64,000 bases of DNA from Spirochaetia bacterium (GCA_963666985.2 CAXXIA010000001.1:128001-192000), one strand, 5' to 3'. Counted from the first letter of the stretch, positions 1 through 11,772 are shown. Notes: generated by a model not told the origin, from the sequence alone. Translations and numbers: made by a program.

Positions 1-1
1 G

Positions 2-484
2 CAGATGATGCGGAAGGTGGAGATTATCGATGTGGGAGATACGAATTTCATTTTCGGACAGCAGGTGGATAAATACCAGTTCCGCACGCAGAACGAGAAA
101 GTCATGAGGGAAGGCGGGCAGCCTTCGGTGGCCAGACCTCTGCTTTTGGGGATTACGCGGGCATCTTTGAATATCGACAGCTGGATTTCCGCGGCCAGTT
201 TTCAGGAAACCACCAGGGTGCTGACGAATGCCGCCATTGCGGGTGATGTGGACTCACTCCGAGGATTAAAGGAGAATGTGGTAATAGGCCATATTATCCC
301 TGCGGGAACCGGTATGAAAAAGTATCGCGATCTGAAGCTCTTTACCAAGGATACCGAAGATCTGGATGCTCATGTCGCAAACATCCTGGAACAGCGGCGC
401 AGAGAGGCGGAACTGCTGGCCGAGCAGGATTCCGCGAATCCCTCGGCCGTCCATGATTCCGCGGAGACGAAATATACGGAATAG
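2..484 (+). CDS. rpoC: RNA polymerase beta' subunit, 3' end (partial)
   Basis: LLGITRASL...[16 protein letters not shown]...[19 protein letters not shown] motifs. Confidence 0.98.
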   Translation, partial: QMMRKVEIIDVGDTNFIFGQQVDKYQFRTQNEKVMREGGQPSVARPLLLGITRASLNIDSWISAASFQETTRVLTNAAIAGDVDSLRGLKENVVIGHIIPAGTGMKKYRDLKLFTKDTEDLDAHVANILEQRRREAELLAEQDSANPSAVHDSAETKYTE

Positions 485-568
485 GGGCTCGGTTCTTCGA
501 AGTGTAGGGAAGATAAATCGCTGTCGACGAAGGATTAGGTTCATTTGTCGTTTTGATTTTCCATGGTC

Positions 569-597
569 TTGACCTTTAGAGGGCAAACCGCTAAGAT
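569..597 (+). promoter_or_regulatory. sigma70-type promoter of rpsL
   Basis: TTGACC-N17-TAAGAT. Confidence 0.65.
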
Positions 598-685
598 CTC
601 CGTGCTTCGGGGACTTGAGCCGATAGCATAGCCGAACGGAAAACAGCAGTATCCGCTCGGAGATTTTGAGGAGTTGACGCATAAA

Positions 686-1060
686 ATGCCGACGATCAAC
701 CAGTTAGTGAGAAAGGGACGAAAGTCTTCACTTAAGAAAACCAACTCACCGGCTCTGCAATCCTGCCCCCAGAAGAGGGGTGTGTGCACCCGCGTGATGA
801 CAATCACCCCGAAAAAGCCGAATTCCGCGCTCCGAAAAGTTGCGCGTGTTCGGCTGTCCAACGGAATAGAAGTAACCGCTTATATTCCGGGTGTCGGTCA
901 TAACCTTCAGGAACACTCCGTGGTGTGTATTCGCGGCGGCAGGGTGAAGGATCTTCCGGGTGTCCGGTATCATATTATTCGCGGTACCAAGGATACTCTC
1001 GGAGTCGATGGTCGGAAGCAGGGACGGTCCAAGTACGGGACCAAGAAACCTAAGGCTTAG
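686..1060 (+). CDS. rpsL: 30S ribosomal protein S12
   Basis: [37 protein letters not shown] at 686 after GAGGAG. Confidence 0.99.
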   Translation: MPTINQLVRKGRKSSLKKTNSPALQSCPQKRGVCTRVMTITPKKPNSALRKVARVRLSNGIEVTAYIPGVGHNLQEHSVVCIRGGRVKDLPGVRYHIIRGTKDTLGVDGRKQGRSKYGTKKPKA

Positions 1061-1068
1061 GAAAGCGT

Positions 1069-1539
1069 ATGTCCAGGAGAAGAGAAACACCTGTCCGGCC
1101 AGTTGATCCGGATTCGAGATACGGAAGCAAGGTTGTTGCGAAATTCGTTAATCGAATGATGATGGCCGGAAAGAAATCGGTCAGTTATCGAAATGTCTAC
1201 GGTGCGATGAGCATTATCGGAGAAAAGTCCGGGAAAGAACCCCTTGAGGTGTTTCTTAAGGCCGTTGATAATGTTAAGCCGCTGGTGGAAGTAAAATCCC
1301 GCCGTGTCGGCGGATCGACCTATCAGGTTCCCATTGAGGTCCGTTCGGCAAGGAGCGAGGCTCTGGCGATGCGCTGGATTATCGCGGCGGCCCGCGGCCG
1401 AAGCGGACGGAGCATGAGCGAAAAGCTGGGCGCCGAATTGCTGGATGCGTTCAACTCCACGGGTGTCGCCTTTAAGAAAAAGGAAGATACCCATAGAATG
1501 GCGGAAGCCAATAAGGCCTTCAGTAATTACAAGTGGTAA
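1069..1539 (+). CDS. rpsG: 30S ribosomal protein S7
   Basis: [24 protein letters not shown]. Confidence 0.99.
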   Translation: MSRRRETPVRPVDPDSRYGSKVVAKFVNRMMMAGKKSVSYRNVYGAMSIIGEKSGKEPLEVFLKAVDNVKPLVEVKSRRVGGSTYQVPIEVRSARSEALAMRWIIAAARGRSGRSMSEKLGAELLDAFNSTGVAFKKKEDTHRMAEANKAFSNYKW

Positions 1540-2027
1540 TTGCTTGAAGTCGATCCGGAGAGTTTTTAACTGATCCGGATTTATTTAAGGTACAACCCGA
1601 AACGCTTTAAACGGCGTTGAGGATTGCGCATTCGAGGGGTGAGTTGATCTCCCGAATGTTTGAGAACGGTCGATTTTGAATCGGCCGAACCCTCGCGGAA
1701 TGCCCGCTTTTCTCGTGGAGAATTGCTGGGCCGCTTTCGGCCGAGGATGATCTTTCCGGATGATTGTTTGTTGGACGAACCGGGGTTTTAACTCCAGGCG
1801 AAGAACAGATGCAGTCGGCGGCAAGTCTTCTTCCTTTGCGGTACGTGTGAGGTGGAATCATGCGTCTGCGTCCGTTTGCGTTAATTCCGTAAAAAAATAG
1901 CTGTTGAGACGGTATCGGCTTCGTGTCGGTATCTTCGATCTTCAGGATCGTACCGTCAGCAGATATGGACAGTCTCCGGAAGCGGGACTGCTGAATCTAT
2001 TTTCCATGTAGCCGTAGGAGGATATTC

Positions 2028-3215
2028 ATGGCTAAGGAGAAATTTGAAAGGACGAAGCCGCATATCAATGTCGGTACTATCGGCCACGTAGATCATGGTA
2101 AGACCACCCTGACCGCCGCTATTACCATGTATAGCGCCGCGAAAAACGGTGGCAAGGTGATGAGTTACGAGGATATCGACAACGCTCCCGAAGAAAAAGA
2201 GCGCGGTATCACCATTAATACCCGTCACGTTGAGTATGAAACCGCCACTCGGCATTATGCTCACGTCGACTGCCCGGGACATGCGGACTATATCAAGAAC
2301 ATGATTACCGGTGCCGCTCAGATGGACGGTGCCGTTCTTTTGGTTGCCGCCGATTCCGGTCCTGAGCCCCAGACCAGAGAGCATATTCTTTTGGCCCATC
2401 AGGTCGGTGTTCCCAAGATGATCGTTTTCATGAACAAAATGGACCTTGCCGACCCCGAACTGGTCGACCTGGTTGAAATGGAAGTTCAGGAACTCTTGAG
2501 CGAGTACGGTTTCTCCGGAGACGAAACTCCCATTATTAAGGGTTCCGCGTTCGAGGCGATGACGAATATCGACGACGCCGAGAAAACAAAGTGCATTCAG
2601 GAACTTCTGGATGCCATGGACTCTTATTTCCCGATTCCCGAACGTGCTATTGATAAGCCGTTCCTGATGCCCATCGAAGACGTGTTCTCCATTTCCGGAC
2701 GCGGTACCGTTGTTACCGGACGTGTTGAAGGCGGAATCATTCACGTCGGAGACGAGGTGGAAATCATCGGAATCAAAGAAACCCAGAAAACCACCTGTAC
2801 CGGTGTTGAAATGTTCAACAAACTTCTTGATGAAGGTCAGGCCGGTGATAATATCGGTGCTCTTCTTCGCGGTATCGACAAGAAGGCCGTTGAGCGCGGT
2901 CAGGTTCTGGCCAAGCCCGGTTCCATTAAGCCTCATGCCAAGTTCAAGGCTGCCGTTTATGCCCTGACCAAGGAAGAGGGTGGCCGGCATAATCCGTTCT
3001 TCAGCGGTTATCGTCCCCAGTTCTATTTCCGGACGACCGATATCACCGGTACCGTAACCCTGCCCGAAGATAAGCAGATGGTTATGCCCGGCGACAATAC
3101 GGCAATCACCGTTGAGCTGATTCACCCCATCGCCATGGATCCCGGCCTTAGGTTCGCTATCCGTGAAGGCGGCAGAACCGTTGCCTCCGGTCAGGTGACC
3201 GAGGTTACCGAATAA
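2028..3215 (+). CDS. tuf: Elongation factor Tu
   Basis: [31 protein letters not shown]. Confidence 0.99.
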   Translation: MAKEKFERTKPHINVGTIGHVDHGKTTLTAAITMYSAAKNGGKVMSYEDIDNAPEEKERGITINTRHVEYETATRHYAHVDCPGHADYIKNMITGAAQMDGAVLLVAADSGPEPQTREHILLAHQVGVPKMIVFMNKMDLADPELVDLVEMEVQELLSEYGFSGDETPIIKGSAFEAMTNIDDAEKTKCIQELLDAMDSYFPIPERAIDKPFLMPIEDVFSISGRGTVVTGRVEGGIIHVGDEVEIIGIKETQKTTCTGVEMFNKLLDEGQAGDNIGALLRGIDKKAVERGQVLAKPGSIKPHAKFKAAVYALTKEEGGRHNPFFSGYRPQFYFRTTDITGTVTLPEDKQMVMPGDNTAITVELIHPIAMDPGLRFAIREGGRTVASGQVTEVTE

Positions 3216-3237
3216 AAATTATCTGGAATTGAGTTGA

Positions 3238-3266
3238 TCCCCGCCGGTTTTTAAAATCGGCGGGGA
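3238..3266 (+). other. GC-rich intergenic hairpin between tuf and rpsJ, no U-tract (possible processing/stability element)
   Basis: TCCCCGCCGGTT...AATCGGCGGGGA. Confidence 0.5.
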
Positions 3267-3288
3267 AGCTTATAGAGGAGCAAAGGCA

Positions 3289-3591
3289 ATGGAGAAAATA
3301 CGCGTCCGGCTCAGAGGCTTTGACGTTGAATTGATCGAGCAGAGTGCGCGGGCCATTGTGGATACAGTTCAGAAACAGGGCACCAAGGTTTCCGGACCTG
3401 TTCCCCTGCCGACGAAAATTAACAAGTACACCGTTCTCAAGTCGCCCTTCGTGAATAAAAAATCCCGCGAACAGTTCGAGATGCGCACTCACAAGAGGCT
3501 GATCGATATCCTTGAGCCAACCTCCGCTGTTATGGATGCCCTCATGAAGCTCGAGCTTCCCGCCGGTGTCGATGTGGAAATCAAGCAATAG
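3289..3591 (+). CDS. rpsJ: 30S ribosomal protein S10
   Basis: [23 protein letters not shown]. Confidence 0.99.
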   Translation: MEKIRVRLRGFDVELIEQSARAIVDTVQKQGTKVSGPVPLPTKINKYTVLKSPFVNKKSREQFEMRTHKRLIDILEPTSAVMDALMKLELPAGVDVEIKQ

Positions 3592-3611
3592 GTCGGGACG
3601 GAGCAAGAAAT

Positions 3612-4235
3612 ATGATCGGATTGATCGGAAAAAAAGTGGGGATGACCCAAATCTTTGACGAAGACGGAACGCTGACGCCGGTTACCGTAATCGAGGTGGT
3701 ACCCAATGTGGTTCTCGATCAGCGGGATGAAGAAAACCACGGCTACAGTGCCGTAGTACTCGGCGCGCTGGACAAAAAGGCCTCTCGCGTCTCAAAGCCA
3801 GTGGCCGGTCAGTTCAAAGAAGGGACCTCTCCGAAGAAGCATATCGTTGAATTTCGCGATTTTGGAAAAGATTGCGCGATCGGCGACTCCCTGGGCTTGG
3901 AACTTTTTAACGATTTGCGTTTTGTGGATGTCGTTGGAACTTCCAAGGGTAAGGGATATCAGGGCGTTATGAAACGCCATAATTTCGGTGGCGGTCGTGC
4001 GACGCACGGTTCCAAGTTTCATCGGGCGAACGGATCGACGGGAATGGCCGCTTGGCCTTCTAAGGTTATCAAGGGTACGAAAATGCCCGGCCGGATGGGC
4101 GGTGAGAAAAGTACCGTTCAGAACTTGAGAATCGTGAAGATCGACCAGGATAAGAACGTTATGCTCGTCAAAGGCGCCGTCCCCGGAAGCCGCGACAGTA
4201 TCGTGATTGTCCGCCAGGCCAAGAAGCGGAAATAG
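3612..4235 (+). CDS. rplC: 50S ribosomal protein L3
   Basis: GKKVGMTQIF, SKGKGYQGVMKRH. Confidence 0.99.
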   Translation: MIGLIGKKVGMTQIFDEDGTLTPVTVIEVVPNVVLDQRDEENHGYSAVVLGALDKKASRVSKPVAGQFKEGTSPKKHIVEFRDFGKDCAIGDSLGLELFNDLRFVDVVGTSKGKGYQGVMKRHNFGGGRATHGSKFHRANGSTGMAAWPSKVIKGTKMPGRMGGEKSTVQNLRIVKIDQDKNVMLVKGAVPGSRDSIVIVRQAKKRK

Positions 4236-4249
4236 GAGAATCGAGAATA

Positions 4250-4873
4250 ATGGACAAGGCGGTCTATTCCAAAGAGGGCAAGGAGCTCCGGACCATCGAA
4301 CTCGATGATTCAGTTTTCGCCCACGAAGTCAGTGAAGGCTGTATTTGGCATGCCATTCGAAATGAACTTGCCAATAAGCGGCAAGGAACCGCTAAAGTGA
4401 AAACCCGGCGTGAAGTAAAAGGCTCCACGGCGAAACCTTGGCGGCAGAAAGGCACGGGACGAGCCCGCGCCGGTCGTCGAAAAAGCCCTCTGTGGCGCGG
4501 CGGCGGTGTGATTTTCGGGCCTCATCCCAGAGATTATTCTTATACCTTGCCGAAGAAGATTAAACGGCTGGCCATGAAGAGCATACTCAGTCTGAAAGCC
4601 GGTGAAGAGACATTTCGCGTAATTGAGGATTTTTCTGTTGAGACCGGTAAAACGCGGGAGTTGGCGAGCATACTGAAGAACTTCCCCAATGAAGGACGAA
4701 CAATCGTTATTCTTGGCGAAGATGACAACATGACCAAAAGAGCCGGCAATAACATAAAGGATTTATATTTCCTAACGTACAATAGGCTTAGAGCTCACGA
4801 TCTCTACTACGGAAACAATATCCTCGTTCTTGAAGGCGCCGCGAAAAAGCTCGGCGAGTTTTACGGGGGTTAA
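4250..4873 (+). CDS. rplD: 50S ribosomal protein L4
   Basis: KPWRQKGTGRARAG, RGGGVIFGP. Confidence 0.99.
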   Translation: MDKAVYSKEGKELRTIELDDSVFAHEVSEGCIWHAIRNELANKRQGTAKVKTRREVKGSTAKPWRQKGTGRARAGRRKSPLWRGGGVIFGPHPRDYSYTLPKKIKRLAMKSILSLKAGEETFRVIEDFSVETGKTRELASILKNFPNEGRTIVILGEDDNMTKRAGNNIKDLYFLTYNRLRAHDLYYGNNILVLEGAAKKLGEFYGG

Positions 4874-4875
4874 TT

Positions 4876-5190
4876 GTGGAAGCCAGAGATATCATCATCG
4901 AGCCGGTCCTGACGGAAAAATCGAACATGATGCGCGAAGGCGAAGTGAAAACCTATGTCTTTAAAGTGGCCAAAAATGCCAACAAAATCATGGTTATGCG
5001 CGCCGTAAAGGATCTATTTGATGTCAAGCCGACCGATTGCAGGATTATAAATGTCCACAGCAAAGTTCGGCATAACAGAGCTGTTTCACGAAACAGTTTT
5101 CGACGCGGCTTCGGCCGCACGGCCGCCTGGAAAAAGGCGATGGTTACCCTGGATAAAGGGCAGACCATCGATGTCTTTGAAGGCGCATAG
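4876..5190 (+). CDS. rplW: 50S ribosomal protein L23
   Basis: PVLTEKS, WKKAMVTL; operon position. Confidence 0.97.
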   Translation: MEARDIIIEPVLTEKSNMMREGEVKTYVFKVAKNANKIMVMRAVKDLFDVKPTDCRIINVHSKVRHNRAVSRNSFRRGFGRTAAWKKAMVTLDKGQTIDVFEGA

Positions 5191-5206
5191 GAGAGGGTAG
5201 AAGACC

Positions 5207-6031
5207 ATGGGAGTAAAAACCTATAACCCGACAACACCCTCGCAGCGTTTCCATCAGAGCCTGGATAACGGCGATCTGGCGAAAAAGCGCCCGGAGAAAT
5301 CACTCTCCAGAGGAATGTCGTCCCAGGCCGGACGCGGTGCAGGCGGTCGGATTTCCGTTCGGCGCCGAGGCGGGGGCCATAAGAGGAAATATCGGATCAT
5401 CGATTTTAAGCGTGACAAATTCGGGATTCCCGGAAAGGTCGCCTACATCGAATACGATCCCAACCGCAGCGCCAACATTGCCCTGATTTATTACGCGGAT
5501 GGAGAGAAGCGTTACATTCTTTGTCCCAAGGGACTGGATGTCGGTGCCGTCGTTATGAGCGGAGCACAAGCGCCTATTGAAGTGGGAAACAGCCTGCCGC
5601 TGGATTCCATCCCCGTCGGCCGAACCGTTCATGCGGTCGAACTGACCAAGGGTAAGGGCGCGCAATTGATTCGATCCGCCGGAGGCGGAGCTCAGATTCA
5701 GGCTAAAGACGGCGAATACGTCACGCTGAAACTTTCCTCGGGCGAGATGCGAATGGTCCATAAATCCTGCATCGCCACAATCGGCGAAGTAGGCAATGAA
5801 GATCATATGAATACAAAGATCGGTAAAGCCGGTCGAAGCCGCTGGATGGGCAATCGGCCCAAAGTGCGCGGCGTTGTTATGAATCCCGTAGACCATCCTC
5901 ACGGAGGCGGTGAAGGCCGTACATCCGGCGGACGTCATCCGGTAACCCCGTGGGGAAAACCGACTAAAGGCGGGAAAACGCGTAAAAAGCATAAGTCGTC
6001 CAATAAGTTCATTGTGAAGCGGCGGAAGTAG
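5207..6031 (+). CDS. rplB: 50S ribosomal protein L2
   Basis: [21 protein letters not shown]. Confidence 0.99.
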   Translation: MGVKTYNPTTPSQRFHQSLDNGDLAKKRPEKSLSRGMSSQAGRGAGGRISVRRRGGGHKRKYRIIDFKRDKFGIPGKVAYIEYDPNRSANIALIYYADGEKRYILCPKGLDVGAVVMSGAQAPIEVGNSLPLDSIPVGRTVHAVELTKGKGAQLIRSAGGGAQIQAKDGEYVTLKLSSGEMRMVHKSCIATIGEVGNEDHMNTKIGKAGRSRWMGNRPKVRGVVMNPVDHPHGGGEGRTSGGRHPVTPWGKPTKGGKTRKKHKSSNKFIVKRRK

Positions 6032-6040
6032 GAGTAGCGA

Positions 6041-6322
6041 ATGTCCCGATCAATAAAGAAAGGGCCCTTCGTGGCCAAGAGCTTGTATAAAAAGGTGATC
6101 GAACAAAATAAAGGCGGGAGCAAAGGCATGATTAAAACCTGGTCCCGTTCTTCAACGATTATCCCCGAGATGGTAGGTCTTACACTTTCCGTTTACAACG
6201 GAAAGACTTTCGTCCCGGTCTACGTAACCGAGAACCTTGTCGGTCACAAGCTCGGAGAGTTCTCTCCCACCCGGTTGTTCCGGGGCCACGCGGGTTCCGA
6301 CAAAAAAGGCAAGAGGCGCTAG
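6041..6322 (+). CDS. rpsS: 30S ribosomal protein S19
   Basis: [20 protein letters not shown]. Confidence 0.99.
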   Translation: MSRSIKKGPFVAKSLYKKVIEQNKGGSKGMIKTWSRSSTIIPEMVGLTLSVYNGKTFVPVYVTENLVGHKLGEFSPTRLFRGHAGSDKKGKRR

Positions 6323-6329
6323 GAGGCCA

Positions 6330-6692
6330 ATGAAGATGGAAGCGAAGAAAGGTTTCCGGGCAATTGCCAAAAACCTGCCGATGTCGCCTTCGAAGATTCG
6401 GCCCATTGCGGATCATGTCAGGCGAAAGAAAGTTGTGGAGGCGGTCGCCATCCTTGAGTCTCTGCCTCATAAGGGAGCCGGTTATCTAAAGAAGGTTATC
6501 GAGTCCGCGGCGGCCAATGCTATGTACCAGGATCAAAACGTCGATGAAGAGAATCTTTATGTCGCCGAACTGCTGGTGGATGGCGGACCAAGCCGAAAAA
6601 CCATTTGGCCCCGGAGTCATGGACGGGCGGATCGGCAGATCAAGCGTTCGAGCCATATTTCGGTGGTTCTCGATCAGAAGGCGGTAAACTGA
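6330..6692 (+). CDS. rplV: 50S ribosomal protein L22
   Basis: SPSKIRPIAD, SAAANA, KRSSHISVV; ATG after AGGAGG. Confidence 0.97.
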   Translation: MKMEAKKGFRAIAKNLPMSPSKIRPIADHVRRKKVVEAVAILESLPHKGAGYLKKVIESAAANAMYQDQNVDEENLYVAELLVDGGPSRKTIWPRSHGRADRQIKRSSHISVVLDQKAVN

Positions 6693-7399
6693 TGGGACAG
6701 AAAGTCAATCCCTACGGATTTAGGCTGGGGATAAACAAGGATTGGAAATCTCGCTGGTATGTAGGACCCAAGGATTATGCGAAGACTCTCCATGAAGATT
6801 TGCGACTCAGAAAAGCCTTGCTTGAAAGTCCCGAAGCCAAGGGTGCCGATATCGCGAATGTCGAGATTGTCAGGCAGCCGACTCGGGTAACAATGACCAT
6901 TGAAACCGCACGTCCGGGCGTTATCATCGGTGCCAAGGGCGCCAATATTGAAAAGGTAACCGGTCGGCTTCAGAAACTCACCGACAAAAAGGTGAGCGTT
7001 AAGATTAAAGAAATTAAGAAGCCTGATACCGATGCGCAGATCATTGCTCATAACATTGCTCGGCAGCTCAAAAGCCGCGCGGCGTTCAGACGAACTCTGA
7101 AAATGGCCGTGCAGAACGCCATGCGGGGCGGAGTTCAGGGAATTAAGGTGAAGATTTCGGGTCGTCTCGGCGGCGCCGATATGAGCCGTGTCCTCGAGCT
7201 TAAAGAGGGCCGAGTTCCTCTTCATACCTTGAGAGCCGACATCGATTACGGTTTTGCCGAATCCATAACAACCTTCGGCGTTATCGGCGTTAAGGTTTGG
7301 GTGTTCAACGGTGAACTTCTGGGGCATGAGCAGAAGGAAGACGCCGGGCAGCTAGTCAGTACTCGGCGAGACGGTCGTGGGAGGAGAGACGATGCTTAG
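6692..7399 (+). CDS. rpsC: 30S ribosomal protein S3
   Basis: [32 protein letters not shown] overlap. Confidence 0.99.
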   Translation: MGQKVNPYGFRLGINKDWKSRWYVGPKDYAKTLHEDLRLRKALLESPEAKGADIANVEIVRQPTRVTMTIETARPGVIIGAKGANIEKVTGRLQKLTDKKVSVKIKEIKKPDTDAQIIAHNIARQLKSRAAFRRTLKMAVQNAMRGGVQGIKVKISGRLGGADMSRVLELKEGRVPLHTLRADIDYGFAESITTFGVIGVKVWVFNGELLGHEQKEDAGQLVSTRRDGRGRRDDA

Positions 7400-7817
7400 C
7401 CCGAAGAGAGTTAAATATCGAAAAACCCACCGCGGTCGAGCCATTCCTCATGCAAAGAGGGCTCAATCGGGAAATGCCATTAATTTTGGTGATTTCGCTT
7501 TGGTTTCCATGGAGAATTATCAGATAACGGCCCGACAGATTGAAGCCGCCCGTATTGCAATGACTCGTCATATCAAGAGAGGCGGAAAAGTTTGGATTCG
7601 GGTATTCCCGAATATCCCCTATACCAAGAAACCCGCCGAAACCCGCATGGGTAAAGGTAAGGGAAATCCTGAGTGGTGGGTTGCCGCCGTTAAGCCGGGT
7701 ACCGTTATGTTCGAAATCGCCGGTGTCGATGCGGAACTGGCAATGCGTGCCATGCAGTTGGCCGGCAGTAAATTGCCGATCAAAACAAAATTCGTGGAAC
7801 GTCATCACGCGGGGTAG
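7392..7817 (+). CDS. rplP: 50S ribosomal protein L16
   Basis: [16 protein letters not shown]. Confidence 0.99.
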   Translation: MLSPKRVKYRKTHRGRAIPHAKRAQSGNAINFGDFALVSMENYQITARQIEAARIAMTRHIKRGGKVWIRVFPNIPYTKKPAETRMGKGKGNPEWWVAAVKPGTVMFEIAGVDAELAMRAMQLAGSKLPIKTKFVERHHAG

Positions 7818-7824
7818 GTGAAAG

Positions 7825-8025
7825 ATGAAACAGACCTTTAACGACCTGACGATGGATGAGCTCGTCGCAAAACGGGAAGAACTCTCCATAAAGATGAAAG
7901 ATTTGCGATTTGAGATGGTGATGGGACATGTCGAGAATCCGTTGGAGAAGAGAACTCTTCGAAGGCAGATCGCCAGACTGAACACCATGATCCAAGAACA
8001 TAAAACAGGAATCCGGAAGGCGTAG
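7825..8025 (+). CDS. rpmC: 50S ribosomal protein L29
   Basis: LRF...RRQIARLNT; position. Confidence 0.96.
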   Translation: MKQTFNDLTMDELVAKREELSIKMKDLRFEMVMGHVENPLEKRTLRRQIARLNTMIQEHKTGIRKA

Positions 8026-8029
8026 CCGT

Positions 8030-8290
8030 ATGGAAGCAAAGAAGAGCAATAAGAAGACCTTCACCGGGACTGTGGTGAGCGATAAGATGGACAAAACCGT
8101 TACGGTTTTGGTATCCACCAGACAGCTTCATCCGCTGTACAAGAAGTACATCACCCGTTCGAAGAAGTATAAGGCTCATGACGAGAAGAATGACGCTCAT
8201 GAAGGCGATACCGTTCGTATTATTGAGAGTCGTCCCGTGAGCCGGGACAAGCGATGGCGGCTTTTGGAAGTCGTCGAACGCGCCAAGTAG
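8030..8290 (+). CDS. rpsQ: 30S ribosomal protein S17
   Basis: [18 protein letters not shown]. Confidence 0.99.
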   Translation: MEAKKSNKKTFTGTVVSDKMDKTVTVLVSTRQLHPLYKKYITRSKKYKAHDEKNDAHEGDTVRIIESRPVSRDKRWRLLEVVERAK

Positions 8291-8300
8291 GAGAAGAGCG

Positions 8301-8669
8301 ATGATTCAAATGCAATCGTTCATGAATGTCGCCGATAATTCCGGCGCAAAGCGTGTTCAGACAATTAAGGTTCTGGGAGGCAGTCACAGGCGATACGCAA
8401 CAATCGGCGATATCGTTGTGGTGACCGTTAAAGACGCACTTCCCAATGCGCCCATTAAAAAGGGCGACGTGAAGAAGGCCGTTATCGTCAGAACGCATAA
8501 AGAATATCGCCGCGAAGACGGTACGTATATTCGTTTCGACGACAATGCCTGTGTTATTGTCGACGCGGCGGGCAATCCCGTCGGGAAACGAATCTTCGGG
8601 CCGGTTGCCCGGGAGCTTCGGGATTACGACTACATGAAAATCGTTTCCCTTGCGCCCGAGGTGCTGTAG
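8301..8669 (+). CDS. rplN: 50S ribosomal protein L14
   Basis: [26 protein letters not shown]. Confidence 0.99.
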   Translation: MIQMQSFMNVADNSGAKRVQTIKVLGGSHRRYATIGDIVVVTVKDALPNAPIKKGDVKKAVIVRTHKEYRREDGTYIRFDDNACVIVDAAGNPVGKRIFGPVARELRDYDYMKIVSLAPEVL

Positions 8670-8686
8670 GAAGAGGCAGTAAAGAT

Positions 8687-8995
8687 ATGAAAACCAAGCT
8701 GAAAAAAGGCGATCAGGTTCAGATCATCACCGGGAAGGATAAGGGCAAGAAAGGACGCATCCTCCGGATCGACAGATTGACCGGAAAAGTCATTGTCGAA
8801 GGCCTCAATATGGTGAAAAAAACCCAGCGCCCTAAGAGCCAGAACGACAAGGGCGGCATTATTGAAATTGAAGCCGCCATTCCTGCGTCCAATGTTCAGG
8901 TTCTTTGCAAGAAATGCGGAATAACACGAATCACGATGAAAATCGACGGAGATTCCAAGACTCGTGTATGCCGTAAGTGCGGGGAGGTCTTGTAA
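8687..8995 (+). CDS. rplX: 50S ribosomal protein L24
   Basis: [18 protein letters not shown]. Confidence 0.98.
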   Translation: MKTKLKKGDQVQIITGKDKGKKGRILRIDRLTGKVIVEGLNMVKKTQRPKSQNDKGGIIEIEAAIPASNVQVLCKKCGITRITMKIDGDSKTRVCRKCGEVL

Positions 8996-9735
8996 TGGCT
9001 GACGAACAAAAGGATGCCGTGAAAGCGGATCAGGATAAATCGAGCGTAAACAGTGCGGCCGCGGATAATCAAAGTTCCGAGAAGAAAGCCGCGCCGAAAA
9101 AGACTTCGGCGAAGAAAGCCGAAGTGAAAGACGATGAATCCAAAAAGCCGGCGGCTAAGAAATCCGCTTCCAAAAAGGTCGAAAAAGGATACGAAGCCCG
9201 CCTTAAGGTTCGATATTCGGAACAGATTTTTGATGAGCTGAAAAAGGAATTCGGTTTTAAGAGCCCCATGCAGATTCCTAAGCTTGAAAAAATCATCGTA
9301 TCCGCAGGTGTCGGTGATTCGATAACGAATAAAAAGTTTCTTGATTCGGTTGTAACGGAAATTGAGCAGATTACGGGTCAGAAGGTCCTTAAGACCAAAG
9401 CCCGAAAATCCATAGCGAATTTTAAAATCCGAGAAGGAATGGAAATCGGTGCCAAGGTAACCCTTCGCGGAAACCGAATGTACGAATTCCTTGATCGGCT
9501 TGTGAATGTGGCCCTTCCGCGGGTTAAAGACTTCAGGGGTGTTAATCCCAAAGCCTTCGACGGACGGGGCAATTACAGCCTTGGAATCGACGAGCAGATT
9601 ATTTTCCCTGAGATTGATTATGACAAGATCGAACGGGTGAGGGGCCTCAACGTGGCCATCGTAACGACCGCGCCGAACGATGAACAGGCTAAGAGTTTGC
9701 TGGCTAAGTTCGGAATGCCTTTTAGTAAGGAGTAA
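8995..9735 (+). CDS. rplE: 50S ribosomal protein L5 with long N-terminal extension
   Basis: [36 protein letters not shown] coupling to rplX. Confidence 0.97.
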   Translation: MADEQKDAVKADQDKSSVNSAAADNQSSEKKAAPKKTSAKKAEVKDDESKKPAAKKSASKKVEKGYEARLKVRYSEQIFDELKKEFGFKSPMQIPKLEKIIVSAGVGDSITNKKFLDSVVTEIEQITGQKVLKTKARKSIANFKIREGMEIGAKVTLRGNRMYEFLDRLVNVALPRVKDFRGVNPKAFDGRGNYSLGIDEQIIFPEIDYDKIERVRGLNVAIVTTAPNDEQAKSLLAKFGMPFSKE

Positions 9736-9738
9736 GCG

Positions 9739-9924
9739 ATGGCCAAGAAATCAATGATCATCAAGGCCCAGCGCAAGCCGAAGTATATGACGAGGACCGT
9801 CAGGCGATGTAAGGTCTGCGGACGGCCGCGAGGTTATATGAGAAAATTCGATATGTGCCGGATTTGCTTCCGCAAGCTCGCTAACGAAGGCATGATTCCC
9901 GGCGTAACCAAGTCCAGCTGGTAG
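9739..9924 (+). CDS. rpsN: 30S ribosomal protein S14, Zn-binding type
   Basis: RCKVCGRPR...CRICFR. Confidence 0.98.
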   Translation: MAKKSMIIKAQRKPKYMTRTVRRCKVCGRPRGYMRKFDMCRICFRKLANEGMIPGVTKSSW

Positions 9925-9939
9925 CAGGAGATTAGATTA

Positions 9940-10338
9940 ATGAGTGTTACTGATCCAGTCGCCGACATGCTGACCAAGATTCGGAACGGTGCTTCGGCGA
10001 AACACGAGAAGGTCGATATACGTCCTTCAAAGCTCAAGATGGAAATCATTAAGATCTTGAAGAATGAAGGCTATGTAAAGAACTTCAAAAAGGTCACCCA
10101 GGATGATATTGACGTTATTCGGGTGTTTCTCAAGTATGATGAGGGATCGAATTCCATTATACACGGACTAAAAACCGTTTCGACTCCGGGACGCCGGGTA
10201 TATTCCGGATATAAGAACATTCCCAGAGTCTACAACGGCCTTGGAACCGTGATTGTTTCGACTTCCTCCGGCGTCATTACCGGCAAAAAAGCCGTCGCCA
10301 ACAAGGTGGGTGGCGAGATTATTTGTACGGTTTGGTAG
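9940..10338 (+). CDS. rpsH: 30S ribosomal protein S8
   Basis: [12 protein letters not shown], SxPGRRVY, GGEIIC. Confidence 0.99.
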   Translation: MSVTDPVADMLTKIRNGASAKHEKVDIRPSKLKMEIIKILKNEGYVKNFKKVTQDDIDVIRVFLKYDEGSNSIIHGLKTVSTPGRRVYSGYKNIPRVYNGLGTVIVSTSSGVITGKKAVANKVGGEIICTVW

Positions 10339-10351
10339 GGAGGATTCGAAT

Positions 10352-10891
10352 ATGTCACGAATTGGATTGCAGCCGGTAATCGTCCCTAAGGGCGTAACCG
10401 TAACCGTTGAGAACAACATTCTCAAGGTGAAGGGCGGCAAAGGGGAATTGACGCAGTCATTCGTTCCTCTGGTGGAGTTTTCCGTAAACGAAGGGGAAAT
10501 TCTCGTAAGCCGAAAAAGTGAGTCCAAGCAGGCCAAGAGTATGCATGGTCTCTACCGATCCCTTCTGAACAATATGGTGGTGGGAGTCAGTCAGGGCTAT
10601 TCACGAAATCTCGTCATTAACGGCGTCGGTTATCGTGCTGAAGCCAAGGGCAAGATTCTTCTTCTGAATCTCGGTTATTCGACGCAAATCGAGTATGAGG
10701 TTCCCGAGGGTGTTCAGGTTGCCGTGGAAGGGAATAATAAAGTTTCCGTCAGCGGTATCGACAAAACCCTTGTCGGACAAGTTGCCGCCGAAATCCGCGG
10801 ACTCCGCCCCCCCGAACCTTACAAGGGCAAGGGGATCCGATATGAAAATGAGAACGTCCGCCGGAAAGTCGGCAAAAGCGGCGTGAAGTAG
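10352..10891 (+). CDS. rplF: 50S ribosomal protein L6
   Basis: MSRIG, RPPEPYKGKGIRY. Confidence 0.99.
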   Translation: MSRIGLQPVIVPKGVTVTVENNILKVKGGKGELTQSFVPLVEFSVNEGEILVSRKSESKQAKSMHGLYRSLLNNMVVGVSQGYSRNLVINGVGYRAEAKGKILLLNLGYSTQIEYEVPEGVQVAVEGNNKVSVSGIDKTLVGQVAAEIRGLRPPEPYKGKGIRYENENVRRKVGKSGVK

Positions 10892-10897
10892 GTAAGT

Positions 10898-11257
10898 ATG
10901 GCTAGGCTGAATGAAAAATGGGCGAAGCATACACAAAGGAAGCGTCGGGTTCGTAAAAAGATTTCCGGCACCGCCGAACGTCCGCGCCTGACGGTTTTTA
11001 AGAGTCACAAGAATATCAGTGTCCAGGCGATTGATGATTCAACCGGACGAACACTGGCGGCCGTCTCCACGTTGGAGAAGGATCTTGCGAACGTGAAACG
11101 GTCCGTCGAGGGCGGGAAAGTTATCGGACAAAAAATCGCCGAGCGGCTTAAGGCCGTTAAGGTGAAGACCGTTGTCTTCGATAGGAACGGCTATCACTAT
11201 CATGGGATCGTGAAGGCCGTGGCCGAAGGGGCCCGTGAGTCGGGCCTGGAATTTTAG
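10898..11257 (+). CDS. rplR: 50S ribosomal protein L18
   Basis: RPRLTVFKS, FDRNGYHYHG. Confidence 0.99.
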   Translation: MARLNEKWAKHTQRKRRVRKKISGTAERPRLTVFKSHKNISVQAIDDSTGRTLAAVSTLEKDLANVKRSVEGGKVIGQKIAERLKAVKVKTVVFDRNGYHYHGIVKAVAEGARESGLEF

Positions 11258-11266
11258 GAGTCGGGC

Positions 11267-11770
11267 ATGGCAATGAGAGAACGAACCGAAGAAAAGGAAT
11301 TTACCGAGAAGCTGATCAGGCTGAATCGCGTCTCCAAGGCCGTTAAAGGTGGGCGAAAAATGTCTTTCAGCGCACTGATGGTGGTCGGCGACGGTAAGGG
11401 CCGGGTCGGATACGGTTTCGGTAAGGCCAATGATGTTTCCGAGGCTATCCGTAAAAGTGTGGATAAAGCCAAGAAAAACATGATTGTAATTCCCCTTAAA
11501 AAGACCACACTTCCGCATGAGATTCTGGGTCAGTATAAAAGTGCTTCGGTTCTGCTGAAGCCGGCGGCTCCCGGTACCGGTATTATTGCCGGCGGTCCGG
11601 TGCGGGCCATCATGGAGGCGGCTGGCGTTCATGATATTCTGGCAAAGAGTCTCGGTTCAAAGAACACGATGAACATTGTTAAAGGTGTGTTCGCCGGTTT
11701 TGAGAACTTAATGGAGGCGCCTAAAATCGCCGCCGGTCGTGGGAAAACCGTCAAGGATATTTGGGGCTGA
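11267..11770 (+). CDS. rpsE: 30S ribosomal protein S5
   Basis: [22 protein letters not shown]. Confidence 0.99.
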   Translation: MAMRERTEEKEFTEKLIRLNRVSKAVKGGRKMSFSALMVVGDGKGRVGYGFGKANDVSEAIRKSVDKAKKNMIVIPLKKTTLPHEILGQYKSASVLLKPAAPGTGIIAGGPVRAIMEAAGVHDILAKSLGSKNTMNIVKGVFAGFENLMEAPKIAAGRGKTVKDIWG

Positions 11771-11772
11771 TT

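Noticed and set aside
1585..1861. Minus-strand ORFs or a tRNA in the rpsG-tuf spacer
   Set aside because: No protein motifs or RBS; no cloverleaf with a T-loop consensus seen
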